The notes beneath the pieces were generated by a model. It had not been told where the DNA came from. It saw only the letters and a program-made list of their open reading frames with translations, and searched no databases. Positions 9,670 through 19,177 of a stretch of DNA of 64,000 bases are shown here, one piece after another. Every line of letters starts with the position of its first letter. Position 1 is the stretch's first letter. The position numbers were made by a program, and so were the translations under genes. This stretch comes from an uncultured Chloroflexia bacterium (lineage in GTDB: Bacteria; Chloroflexota; Limnocylindria; Limnocylindrales; CSP1-4), in contig CAWHDR010000001.1 in assembly GCA_963828165.1 (NCBI GenBank), forward strand, positions 864,001 through 928,000. The letters are read 5' to 3'.

Positions 9670-9773
9670 CGATCGCCGGGCGGGCGGGTGTTTCCGGCAC
9701 GCGCGGCACGGTCGATGTGGACGACCGGTGGATAAGTCGCGGGTCGCGGATCGACATTGGTGGATGAGCCCCG

Positions 9774-9803
9774 TTGACCGCGTCGGGTCGCGGCCCGTAG
9801 CGT
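9774..9803 (+). promoter_or_regulatory. sigma70-like promoter with upstream DnaA-box-like sites
   Basis: TTGACC-18 nt-TAGCGT; TGTGGACGA, GGTGGATAA and GGTGGATGA at about 9717-9767. Confidence 0.45.
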
Positions 9804-9915
9804 ACCCATCAGCCCGGAGGGGCCGAACGATACTAACGGCGGCGATCGCATCAACGCCCACGTGTCGTGGAGGTTCCTACGGGCCCTTTCATGCCCGGCG
9901 CGTATCATCGCCGCC

Positions 9916-10812
9916 GTGGGTCCCCTCCTCTTCATCGTCCTGGGCATTGCCGCGCTCGGGGTCGGGGCGATGGTCCTGCGCAGCTTCGGCCCGCGGTTCC
10001 GCGTCGGGCGTCTCCTGGCAGCCACACCATCCGTCAGTGTCGCCGAGGCCCGCGACCTGGCGAGCGGTCCGGCTCGCTATGTGGCTATCCGGGGTCGGAT
10101 CGACGCGGAGGACGAGTTCGAAGACGACGCGCACCGGCCGCTGGTCCTCCGGCGGGCGAGGATCCAGCTCCGCACCGGCTCGGACTGGGTGACGGTCGAC
10201 GAGCACACCACGGCCGTCGCGTTCGAGGTGCGTGAAGGCCTCGACGCGATCGCCATCGATCACGACGCGCTGGATGCCGGGCTGGTCGTCGTCCCGCGCG
10301 AGTCCGTCGGAACCGCGGCGGACGCGCCGGACCGCGTTCCCCCCGGCACGGCGCCCGAAGTCCCGATGCGGCTGGTCGTGGAGCAGGTCTCCTCCGTGGA
10401 GCACGCGGTGGTCCTGGGTGTGCCGGTGGTTGCCGCCGACGACCTGCCCACCCGGATGACCGCCGGGCTCGGCCGGCCGCTGATCCTGACGACCCTGGAG
10501 CCCGCGGAGGCGATGCGCATCCTCGCCGCCGGCGGCCCACGCCGGCCGCTGGCCGCCGCCTTGGCCCTGGGCGTCGGTCTCGTATCGCTCACGATCGGCG
10601 TGGTCTGGGCCGTGCTCGGCGCGATGACTGCCACGGCGCTCGCCGCGTCGCCGGCCGCGAGCGCCGCCGGCGGCGACCCGCGGTCCAGCGGGCAGGGTCC
10701 GGGGCTCGTCGGTGAACCGCTCGCGGCGATCGCCCTGGTCGTGGCGATCGGCGTGGCGGCTGCCGTCGCGACCTTCGGATACGTCCGCCTCACGGGGGGT
10801 CGCCGCTCCTAG
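9916..10812 (+). CDS. hypothetical membrane protein
   Basis: N-terminal TM, soluble middle domain, C-terminal TMs; TATCAT -10 element 7 nt before GTG. Confidence 0.7.
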   Translation: MGPLLFIVLGIAALGVGAMVLRSFGPRFRVGRLLAATPSVSVAEARDLASGPARYVAIRGRIDAEDEFEDDAHRPLVLRRARIQLRTGSDWVTVDEHTTAVAFEVREGLDAIAIDHDALDAGLVVVPRESVGTAADAPDRVPPGTAPEVPMRLVVEQVSSVEHAVVLGVPVVAADDLPTRMTAGLGRPLILTTLEPAEAMRILAAGGPRRPLAAALALGVGLVSLTIGVVWAVLGAMTATALAASPAASAAGGDPRSSGQGPGLVGEPLAAIALVVAIGVAAAVATFGYVRLTGGRRS

Positions 10813-10868
10813 ATCGGCCGTCCTGAGGCCGTGTGGCTGCTCCGTGGCCTGGTGGGACCTTCGGGCTA

Positions 10869-10920
10869 TTGGCAAGAACTGTGAGGTTGGTAGCCTCCGT
10901 TCGTGGACTCCACAGTTCTT
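10869..10920 (+). promoter_or_regulatory. promoter with 10-bp inverted-repeat operator
   Basis: TTGGCA-16 nt-TAGCCT; AAGAACTGTG (10874-10883) and CACAGTTCTT (10911-10920). Confidence 0.5.
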
Positions 10921-10931
10921 ACAGGTCATCG

Positions 10932-13886
10932 ATGATGGCGCAGCTGCCTCCCAGACCCACAGACGCGACGCTGTCGGTCACCAAAGCCGCGCGGCTTCTG
11001 GGCGTGCACCCGAACACGGTCCGGACATGGAGCGACGCGGGTCGCCTGCGCTACTACCGGATCAACGCCCGCGGCGATCGACGCTATCGCCTTGGGGACC
11101 TCCAGCGCTTCCTCGCGGCCGCGGAAAGCGTCGCGACGGACGGCCCCGGTGGCAGCGCTGCCGCCCGCCGGCATCACGATCAAGGGCTCTCGGGACATGC
11201 CGGTGGTGCCCGCGCTTCGATCGCGACCTTCGGCGGCCCGACCGATGCCGTGGACCCCCTCGGCGCGGAGCGCCACCGTCGCCACCTCGCCCTGCTCGAC
11301 CACATCGCCCGCCTGACCGTCGTCGGCAGCGACCTCGATGACGACCTGATGCGGATCGCCCAGGAGATCCGCGCCGCGACCGAGCTGGCGCTCGTCGCGC
11401 TCTGGGAGCTGCGCGGCGACCGCCTGACACCCCGAGCCGCGGCCGTACCAGCGGGCGCGGTCACGCCTCGCCTGCTGGATCTGCCGCGGGGCTTCGGTGT
11501 CCTCGGACGGGCCCTCGATTCGGTCCCGACTTCGCGAGCCAGGACGGACGACGAGCCATCACCAGGTGCCGTGGCCGTGCTCGGTTCGGCCCTCGATCGA
11601 GTGACGTCGACGGTCCTTCCCGGGGCCCACAGCGAGCTTGCCGTGGCCATTCCCGGCCCGAACGGCACCTGGGGCGTCCTGTTGATGGTCGCGGATGGCA
11701 CGGATGGCGGAGACGGGGTCGGCACCACCGATCCGGACCTGGCAGCAGCCCTCGCCGATGCGATCGGGACCGTCGTCAGGGTCGCCCGTCGCGAGGAGGA
11801 GGTCGCCCACCTTCTGCATCGGGCCGAGGCCTTGCGTCGCGTCGCCGGCGACATCGGCAGCCGGCTCGATCTCGACCGGATCCTCACCGGCCTCGTCGAT
11901 CACGCCATGGTCCTCTTCGAGGCCGACCGCGCGGCCGTCTTCATGCGCCGCCCGGACGGCACCGACGTCGCCGAGGTGAGCCGCAACCTCTCGACTGGCT
12001 ACCTCAACTTGATGCGGGCGGCCCAGAGCCGATCGCTACCGGCAGCAGCCATCGCCGCACGCCGACCCCTGTTCTCGGTCAATTATCGCGACGACCCCCG
12101 CGGTGCAGATGCGCGCGCAGCCGTGGTGCAGGAGGGCTACGACACCCTTTGCACGGCGCCCCTCATGGACGGCACGGACCTGCTCGGATTGCTGAACGTC
12201 TACCACGACACGCCGCACGCCTGGACGCCCGACGAGCTCGAGACCATCGCCTCGCTCGCGACGCAGGCCAGCGTCGCGATCCGGACCGCCCAGAACTTCC
12301 AGCAGATGGCTACCTGGACCGCGCAGCTGCAGTCGATCCAGCAGCTCGGAGCGCGGCTCAACCACCTCTCGAACGTCAATCACATCGGCGTGGCCATCGC
12401 GACGGAGCTACGCCAGCTGATCGACTTCCACAACGTCCGCGTCTACCGGGTCCAGGGCACCGACCTCGTGCCCGTCGCGATGCAGGGCCAGGTCGGCGAG
12501 TACGTCGACGAGACGCCCGACCAGCTCCGCGTCGCGATCGGCGAGGGCATCACCGGATGGGTCGCCGAGAAGCGGGTCGCCCAGTACCTCCCGAACGCCG
12601 CAGCGGATCCGCGTGCGAACACGATCCCCGGGACCGAGGACGACCTCGACGAATCGATGCTGCTCGCACCGATGCTCTTCGACGACCAAGTGCTCGGGGT
12701 GCTGGTCCTCTCCAAGCTCGGGCTGCACCAGTTCAGCGACGACGACTTGCGTCTGCTCGTCATCTACGCGAGCTTCGCCGCCCAGGCGATGGCCAATGCC
12801 GACACCACGCAACGATTGCGCGAACAGTCGACGACGCTCGAGCGCCAGCTCCGCAGCCAGCGCGAGCTGCTGCAGATCACGGAAGCGATCCTCACGACGC
12901 TCGATGGCCGAGCCGTACTCGAGGGCATCACCGATCGCCTCGGCGGCCTGATCGCCTACGACAACGTCGCGATCGAAGTCGTGGACCCCTCGACCGGGCG
13001 GCTCACGCCGCTGACCGCTCGCGGCATCCACGCGGCCGCCTACCTCGAGCCATGGGAGCCCGGCGAGACGGGCGTCGCCACCTGGGTCGTGGAGCACAAC
13101 GAGCCCGTCTACGTCGAGGACGAGACGACCGATACACGGGTCAACCACTTCCGCGGCGAGGACTCCGCGGCCGGCAGCCTCATCGTGGTCCCGCTGCGCG
13201 GGCGGATGGGCGCGATCGGGGTCATGACGATCGAGCGGCTGGGGGCGGGCAACACCTTCGAGCCCGAGGAGTTCGACCTCGTCAAGCTGTTCGCCGGGCA
13301 GGTGTCGATCGCGCTCCAGAACGCCGAGGTGTTCCGAGCCGTCGAGATCCGGGCGCAGACCGACGACCTGACGGGTCTTCTCAACCACGGGACGTTCATG
13401 GACTACCTGAATGGGCTCGTCCGAGAGGGCTCGCCGTTCGGGCTGATCATGCTGGACCTCGACGACTTCCGGGAGATCAACAACACCGGCGGCCATCAAG
13501 CGGGTGACCAGGCGCTGCGCCGGATCGCCGCGTCGCTCGTCCGTGCCGGCCGTGACACGGACCGGGTCTTCCGCTACGGCGGCGACGAGTTCGCCTTCAT
13601 CCTTCCGCTCTCCGACCCGCTGGGGGCGCAGCAGGTCGCCGAGCGCGCGCGTGCTGCCGTGAAAGGACTCGGCGGCCCTGTCAGCGCGTCCATCGGTGTC
13701 GCAAGCTTCCCGGCAGACGGCGCGACCACGGCGGAGGTGCTGCTCGCGGCCGACCGCGCGTGCTTCGTGGCCAAGCGCAACGGTCGCGATCGGGTCGCGA
13801 CGGCGGCCGAGGGCCTCGCGCTCGCGGCGGAGTTCCGGCTCCAGGATCCGACGCCGGTCGACTCCGAGACCGCAGCGGCCAGCTGA
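10932..13886 (+). CDS. diguanylate cyclase with N-terminal MerR/excisionase-like HTH and multiple GAF domains
   Basis: LSVTKAARLLGVHPNTVRTWSDAGRL..GDRRY; about four GAF repeats; TDDLTGLLN, DLDDFREIN, RDTD I-site, RYGGDEF. Confidence 0.9.
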   Translation: MMAQLPPRPTDATLSVTKAARLLGVHPNTVRTWSDAGRLRYYRINARGDRRYRLGDLQRFLAAAESVATDGPGGSAAARRHHDQGLSGHAGGARASIATFGGPTDAVDPLGAERHRRHLALLDHIARLTVVGSDLDDDLMRIAQEIRAATELALVALWELRGDRLTPRAAAVPAGAVTPRLLDLPRGFGVLGRALDSVPTSRARTDDEPSPGAVAVLGSALDRVTSTVLPGAHSELAVAIPGPNGTWGVLLMVADGTDGGDGVGTTDPDLAAALADAIGTVVRVARREEEVAHLLHRAEALRRVAGDIGSRLDLDRILTGLVDHAMVLFEADRAAVFMRRPDGTDVAEVSRNLSTGYLNLMRAAQSRSLPAAAIAARRPLFSVNYRDDPRGADARAAVVQEGYDTLCTAPLMDGTDLLGLLNVYHDTPHAWTPDELETIASLATQASVAIRTAQNFQQMATWTAQLQSIQQLGARLNHLSNVNHIGVAIATELRQLIDFHNVRVYRVQGTDLVPVAMQGQVGEYVDETPDQLRVAIGEGITGWVAEKRVAQYLPNAAADPRANTIPGTEDDLDESMLLAPMLFDDQVLGVLVLSKLGLHQFSDDDLRLLVIYASFAAQAMANADTTQRLREQSTTLERQLRSQRELLQITEAILTTLDGRAVLEGITDRLGGLIAYDNVAIEVVDPSTGRLTPLTARGIHAAAYLEPWEPGETGVATWVVEHNEPVYVEDETTDTRVNHFRGEDSAAGSLIVVPLRGRMGAIGVMTIERLGAGNTFEPEEFDLVKLFAGQVSIALQNAEVFRAVEIRAQTDDLTGLLNHGTFMDYLNGLVREGSPFGLIMLDLDDFREINNTGGHQAGDQALRRIAASLVRAGRDTDRVFRYGGDEFAFILPLSDPLGAQQVAERARAAVKGLGGPVSASIGVASFPADGATTAEVLLAADRACFVAKRNGRDRVATAAEGLALAAEFRLQDPTPVDSETAAAS

Positions 13887-13960
13887 GGCTCCGGATCGAC
13901 CGGGTGGGCGCCTTCCACCACGCGGGCGCATCCGGCAGATCTGCGGGACGATGGTTCCAG

Positions 13961-14395
13961 ATGAGCGATCAGCGCCGTGGTCCTGCCGCTCCGGCCATCG
14001 CGTTCGCGATCACGCTGGCGCTCGTCGGCGCGTGCGTGCCCTCGCCGGTCGGGCGGGCGACGGGCAGCCCGCCCACGAACAGCCCGCCCGCCACCCCGGC
14101 GCTGACCCCGTCGCCCGTGCCAAGCGGGCCCACCCCGTCGCCATCGTTCGTGCGCCCGACACCGACCCCGCTGCCGACGTTCCTCGTCTACGTCGTGCGA
14201 CCCGGCGACACGCTGACCTCCATCGCCAGGGCGCACCGGACGACGGCGCGAAGCATCGCCTTCTGGAACCGGACCACCCATCCATCGTTGGATCCGGATT
14301 CGCCGGATTACGACCCCGACCGGATCGAGGTCGCCTGGATCCTGCTGCTGGTCCCCGACACCGAGATCGACGAGGACGAGACCTTCCCGGAGTAG
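13961..14395 (+). CDS. LysM-domain lipoprotein
   Basis: LVGAC lipobox, Pro/Thr linker, YVVRPGDTLTSIA..WN. Confidence 0.8.
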   Translation: MSDQRRGPAAPAIAFAITLALVGACVPSPVGRATGSPPTNSPPATPALTPSPVPSGPTPSPSFVRPTPTPLPTFLVYVVRPGDTLTSIARAHRTTARSIAFWNRTTHPSLDPDSPDYDPDRIEVAWILLLVPDTEIDEDETFPE

Positions 14396-14426
14396 CGCGG
14401 ATCAGCCGTCAGCGGTGTTCGGCCGG

Positions 14427-15284
14427 TCACCGGCGCGCGATGTCGATGAGGAACTGCGGTGTCCACAGCTCGTCGCTCGTACCCAGGAATCCACCGAGCG
14501 TGGCGGCCACCAGCAGCGCCACGAAGAAGCCCAGCACGAGCCAATCGTCGCGGTCGTAGACGAGCAGCCGGAGCCACGTTCGTCGGCCCGTCCCGAATCC
14601 GCGCAGGTCCATGGCGTCGATCGTGTCCTCGGCCCCGGCGATCGCGTTCACGACGGTCGGCACGAGGACCGGCGTCGAGCGGCGAACGCGGGTGAGGAAG
14701 CCGGTGGCCCCGGCCGACCAGTCGAACCCACGGATCCGTTGTGCATCGACCGTCGACTGGAAGTCGGCGGCCAGTGACGGGAGGAACCGGAAGGTGAGGT
14801 CGATGCCGAAAGCGAACTTCTCGGGGACGCCCAGTCGCCGAAAGGCGACGCCGAAATCGGACGGGGCGATGGCGAATGCGACGGGAAAACCGATCGTGGC
14901 CATCGCGAGATAGCGCAGGAACTGTGTCACCGCCAGGCTGACCGACTGGGCGGAGATCGGCGTGCCGAGCAACGGGAAGTAGAACAGGACGTCCGGCTCC
15001 CCTTCCGGCATCGCCTCGACATTGCCGCCCGCGACCAGCATGTTCACGCCGACCAGCAAGCCGATGAACAGGAACACCACGGTCCAATTGCGCCGGATCT
15101 GCGACCACGGGATCGCCGCGGTGCGGTAGTAGATCACCGAGATGATCAGCAGGCCGAAGACGAGGCGGGCGTCCCAGATCTGCAGGACCGCGAAGATGAA
15201 GAAGAAGACCGCGAGGATGAGGACACGGGGATCGCGGCGGGCGAGCCACGATCCCCGTCCCAGATAGCGCGGGGCGATATTCAT
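14427..15284 (-). CDS. ecfT: ECF transporter transmembrane T component
   Basis: DPRV, RFLP, AQRIRG, AMDLRGF. Confidence 0.9.
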   Translation of the reverse strand: MNIAPRYLGRGSWLARRDPRVLILAVFFFIFAVLQIWDARLVFGLLIISVIYYRTAAIPWSQIRRNWTVVFLFIGLLVGVNMLVAGGNVEAMPEGEPDVLFYFPLLGTPISAQSVSLAVTQFLRYLAMATIGFPVAFAIAPSDFGVAFRRLGVPEKFAFGIDLTFRFLPSLAADFQSTVDAQRIRGFDWSAGATGFLTRVRRSTPVLVPTVVNAIAGAEDTIDAMDLRGFGTGRRTWLRLLVYDRDDWLVLGFFVALLVAATLGGFLGTSDELWTPQFLIDIARR

Positions 15285-15305
15285 GGGTGCCCCGGGACCC
15301 CGAGC

Positions 15306-15881
15306 CTACCTGCCCAGCTGGGCTTTTACCGGCTCCCATGCGTAGACGAGGATGGGGACGAGGATGATGGTCCCGATCAGGTCGCCGATGATGACCGGGA
15401 GATAGAGGGTCGAGAAGATGGTGGCGATGTCGAGGCCCTGCAGGATGTTGTCGGTGAAGACGAACAGGAACCCGATCAGGACCGCGATGACACCGGCGAT
15501 CACGCCGCCGATGGCGCGCTCGCGCAGGGAGCCGTTGACCCAGCGTGCGAGATAGAGGGGCGCGAGCCCGGCGATGAGGCCCACGAGCCCGTTGGCGATG
15601 CTCCAGTTCCAGGACGTGAGAGCGCCCCAGCCCGAGATCTGGTCGCCGATCCCGTTACCGACGAGCCCCGTGAAGAACCCGACGATCGGACCGAACGCGT
15701 AGCCGAAGAACGGCACGATGGCGAACGCCGGCCTGACGGACACCGTGCTGCCGGGGATCGGGAGCTGTGCGACGAGCAGGATCCCGTAGAGTGCGGCGCC
15801 GATCGCCGCATACACGATCGTCCGCGACGTGACCTCCCAGAGGTTGTTGCGGCGATCCATCGATATCGCGGTCATGTTCAT
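15306..15881 (-). CDS. ECF transporter S component (UPF0397/MtsT-like)
   Basis: IVYAAIGAALY, FGPIVGFFTGLVGN, WNWSIANG; six TM helices. Confidence 0.85.
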   Translation of the reverse strand: MNMTAISMDRRNNLWEVTSRTIVYAAIGAALYGILLVAQLPIPGSTVSVRPAFAIVPFFGYAFGPIVGFFTGLVGNGIGDQISGWGALTSWNWSIANGLVGLIAGLAPLYLARWVNGSLRERAIGGVIAGVIAVLIGFLFVFTDNILQGLDIATIFSTLYLPVIIGDLIGTIILVPILVYAWEPVKAQLGR

Positions 15882-15931
15882 CCCTCCAGAACACTGATGA
15901 AGACGTACTCCCCCACTGGATCAGTGCTCGG

Positions 15932-17668
15932 TCAACAGTCCACTCCCTCGGCCTCCCTTCCAGGCCCCGAACGCTCGGTCGGCCGCTGGGCGGCGAGCCG
16001 GCGCGCCAGGGTGGCGGCATCGAGGAATGGCCCCGCTGCCGGCCCCCACGCTCTGTTGGCCTCCATCAAGGAGGTGTACCGCATGTTGCACGCAGTCCAG
16101 CGCGCCGTGTCCGCGATCACCGCCTTCGGAGGGCCATCGGCCACCACTCGGCCCTCTCGAAATAGCAGGATACGGTCTGCGTGCGTCAATGCAAGGTCCA
16201 CGTCGTGCGTGACGAGGTAGAGGCTGCGGAGTCCAGGGATCGCGAGGACCTCGCGCATGAACGCCTCGGCCGTGCGGTGATCCTGACCCGCTGACGGTTC
16301 GTCGAGGATGAGCGTCTCCGGTCGAAGGGCCAACGCGATCGCAAGCGCCAGGCGCTTCTGCTGGCCGAAGGACAGCGCCAGCGGTGGGCGCGAGCGGATG
16401 TCGTCGAGCTCGTGGAGGGCGGTCCGGCGAAGGCTGTCTGCGACCAGCTCGTCGAAGGTCGCTGGGTCTCGCTTGAGGTTCCGCGGCCCGAACAGCAGTT
16501 CCTCCTCCACGGTCCGGGCGAACAGCATCTGGCTGGGGCTCTGGAAGACGTACCCGAACTCCGTCGCGAGTTCGGCCGTGCGGCGGCTCGCGTGCGAGAC
16601 GCCGTCGACGAGGATCGAGCCACCCGTGATGTCGAGCAGCCGCATCGCGGTCCGAAGGAGCGTCGTCTTACCGGAGCCGTTCGGGCCGAGCACGGCGACC
16701 ACCTCGGCGGGGCCGAACCGGGCATCGACGCCATGCAGGATCTGGGTCTCGCCGATCGCCGCAGTGACGCCGCGGAACTCGAGCCGCGGCGTCGACTCGG
16801 CCGGTGCAGGTGCCTGGACCACCGGTGCTTCACCATCGTCGCCGTCGGTCTCGGCGGCAGCCATGGCGGCCCGCCTTGCAACGACCGCGAACGGCAGTCG
16901 GACGGCGGATGGGTCGGCGACATCGAGGAAGCCCGCGACTGCTCCCAGATAGCGGGTGCGCCCCTCATCGAGGTACAGCACGCGGTCCGGCGCGAGCGCG
17001 AGCGCTTCCTCCACCCGGTGCTCCACGATGACGATCGCGGATCCCTCGTCCGCGAGTGCCCGAAGGAGGGTCAGCAGGCGTTCGGCCGTGGCCGGATCCA
17101 GGTTGGCCAGGGGCTCGTCCACGACGAATAGCCGCGGGCGCATCATGAGGATCGCGGCCATCGCCAGGAGCTGCCGCTCCCCGCCTGACAGCGCCGCGGT
17201 CTCGCGCCCGAGCAAGGCTTCGATCCCGGCCTGACTGGCCACCTCGCGGATCCGCTCCGCGATCTCCTCGCGTGGCACGCCGAAGTTCTCGGGCCCGAAC
17301 GCCAGCTCCGACTCCACGGTCGCCCCGACGATCTGCTTTGCCGGGTCCTGGAGCACGGTCCCGACGGTCCGGGCGATGTCGCGCAGCTTGAGCTCGGTCG
17401 TGGGCCGACCCTCGACCAGCACGGTCCCGCCGAGGTCGCCCGAGTAGGCGTGCGGGATGAGGCCGTTGATGGCCCGGATGAGCGTGCTCTTGCCGCAGCC
17501 CGACGGTCCGGCGACCAGGACGACCTCGCCTGGGTGCACCATGAGGGACACGTCGCGGATCGCCGGTCCGGTGGCGCGCCGGTACTGGAAGGTCAGGCCA
17601 TCGACCTCGACGAGCGGCGTCGCGGTCTCCGGCTGTGACGCCCCGGACACCCCGCTCGCGGCGATCAC
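15932..17668 (-). CDS. ECF transporter duplicated ATPase
   Basis: Two ABC domains: GPSGCGKS/LSGGE/DEP and GPNGSGKT/LSFGQ/DEP. Confidence 0.92.
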   Translation of the reverse strand: MIAASGVSGASQPETATPLVEVDGLTFQYRRATGPAIRDVSLMVHPGEVVLVAGPSGCGKSTLIRAINGLIPHAYSGDLGGTVLVEGRPTTELKLRDIARTVGTVLQDPAKQIVGATVESELAFGPENFGVPREEIAERIREVASQAGIEALLGRETAALSGGERQLLAMAAILMMRPRLFVVDEPLANLDPATAERLLTLLRALADEGSAIVIVEHRVEEALALAPDRVLYLDEGRTRYLGAVAGFLDVADPSAVRLPFAVVARRAAMAAAETDGDDGEAPVVQAPAPAESTPRLEFRGVTAAIGETQILHGVDARFGPAEVVAVLGPNGSGKTTLLRTAMRLLDITGGSILVDGVSHASRRTAELATEFGYVFQSPSQMLFARTVEEELLFGPRNLKRDPATFDELVADSLRRTALHELDDIRSRPPLALSFGQQKRLALAIALALRPETLILDEPSAGQDHRTAEAFMREVLAIPGLRSLYLVTHDVDLALTHADRILLFREGRVVADGPPKAVIADTARWTACNMRYTSLMEANRAWGPAAGPFLDAATLARRLAAQRPTERSGPGREAEGVDC

Positions 17669-17672
17669 CGGA

Positions 17673-18497
17673 TCAGGCAGGCCGGATATGGACCGGGCGG
17701 TCCCGCGACAGGCCGAGCCGCCGGGCCGCGTCGCCCTGGTTGTCGGCCAGCGACAGGTGGCCTTCCGAATCGGCCATCAACAGCGATGAGCCGACCGGCA
17801 CGCGGCCGAACGTGCGTTCCCAGACCGTTCGCTCCTCCACGGCCGGCGCGCCACCGTGTTCGGGGAATTCGAGCAGGAGCTCGCGACCGAGTGCCAGGGG
17901 CCCGACGGCCGCCTCGAGATCCTTGGGCGTGCCGGCAAACGTCACGTTGCCGTAGATGAGCACGTGCACGATCGTGGAACTGAGAACGCCATCCTCGATG
18001 GTCGGCCGGATGACCGGCAACCGGACCAGCTCGTCGATGGCGACCGTCGGCCCGACCGCAGCGAATTCGACGCCGGCGGCGAGATGCGCGGCGACCGGCG
18101 CGAAGATGTCGCGGCCGTGGAAGCTCGACGAGATGACCGGGAGCATCAGGTCGCGGTTCGTGATCGCCCGCGCCTCGTCGATGCCGCCCAGGGCCTCGGC
18201 CGCGCCGATCAGCAGGCCGTTGTCCGGCCCGATGAGGACGTCGCCGCGGGCGGTCCGCAGTCCCACGGCCAGGCGTTCCGTGCCGACGCCCGGGTCGACG
18301 ACGGCCACATGGATGCCGATCGGCATGTGCGGGAGCGCGAAGACCAGCGATGCCGCGCCGTCACGGATCGAGTAGCGCGGGACCTGGTGGTTGATGTCGA
18401 TGATGTTGGCGTCCGGGCAGATCCGGAACATCACGCCGCGGCAGACGGCGGGCGCGGCCGGGCCGAAGTCGGTCAGGAAAGAGATGACGGGTCGCAT
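17673..18497 (-). CDS. SAM hydroxide adenosyltransferase/chlorinase family protein (DUF62)
   Basis: FLTDFG, VVDPGVGT.R, GPDNGLL, SSFHGRDIFAP. Confidence 0.9.
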   Translation of the reverse strand: MRPVISFLTDFGPAAPAVCRGVMFRICPDANIIDINHQVPRYSIRDGAASLVFALPHMPIGIHVAVVDPGVGTERLAVGLRTARGDVLIGPDNGLLIGAAEALGGIDEARAITNRDLMLPVISSSFHGRDIFAPVAAHLAAGVEFAAVGPTVAIDELVRLPVIRPTIEDGVLSSTIVHVLIYGNVTFAGTPKDLEAAVGPLALGRELLLEFPEHGGAPAVEERTVWERTFGRVPVGSSLLMADSEGHLSLADNQGDAARRLGLSRDRPVHIRPA

Positions 18498-18625
18498 CCC
18501 GCGGATGGTAGCGAAACCCCGGACGTGCCGAAGCGGCGCCGGGAGGAGGCTCGGCGCCGCTTCGGGAGACGATTGACCGCTCGGGTGGGAGGAGGGTCCG
18601 CCCTCGCGGTCGGTGAAAGCGATGG

Positions 18626-18892
18626 TCAGTGCGGGCGGGGCGCCTCCCCGTCCGCGGATCCGAACCGGCCCGTGCGGGCGAGTTCGCGAAGGAAGAGCAA
18701 TTGGTTGACCTGGCGGAGCGACCAGTGGACATCCACCACCGGGATCCCGCACAGGAATGCGGTCAGGTTGGCGGCCTCACCCGGCGCGAGGCCCTTCATG
18801 AGCAACTGCCGGTAGGTCGATCCCGTTGCGAGATGGTCCGCCGTCGTGCGGGCCGGATCCTTCGTGGGTGACGGGGCCAACGCCGTGCCCAC
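18626..18892 (-). CDS. small hypothetical protein
   Basis: Protein-like core TYRQLLMKGLAPGEAANLTAFLCGIP..WSLRQVNQLLFLR; start codon uncertain. Confidence 0.55.
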   Translation of the reverse strand: MGTALAPSPTKDPARTTADHLATGSTYRQLLMKGLAPGEAANLTAFLCGIPVVDVHWSLRQVNQLLFLRELARTGRFGSADGEAPRPH

Positions 18893-19177
18893 GAACCCAC
18901 GATCGACCGTGGATGCCGCCGCGTGACGCGGTCGCGGCGAGGCGAGGCGCGATGATCGCCCTCGTCCCCGTGAACCTCGCGGTACCGGCCCAGCCATGTT
19001 GCACGTGCCCCTCGATGGTGTGACGGTCCGCTCCGGTCGGTCCGGTGCGGTAGGGGCATGTTCATCTCGCCGAATGGCGGGTCGCGATGACCCACCGGTC
19101 CTATGCTCGATGGTACTTGCGGCATAGGCCCGTCTACGGCATCGGTCACGCGCGATGCATCGGTAGACTCACCCAGC

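Noticed and set aside
9715-9770. Replication origin from DnaA-like boxes
   Set aside because: Only three imperfect boxes, no AT-rich unwinding element, no dnaA/dnaN nearby
12408-13931. Long antisense or alternate-frame ORFs (also 1893-3725, 50510-52000, 57391-59343)
   Set aside because: Shadow ORFs expected from high-GC codon bias opposite well-supported genes
14427-18600. SAM or TPP riboswitch upstream of the ECF operon or thiN
   Set aside because: No recognisable consensus, and both appear leaderless
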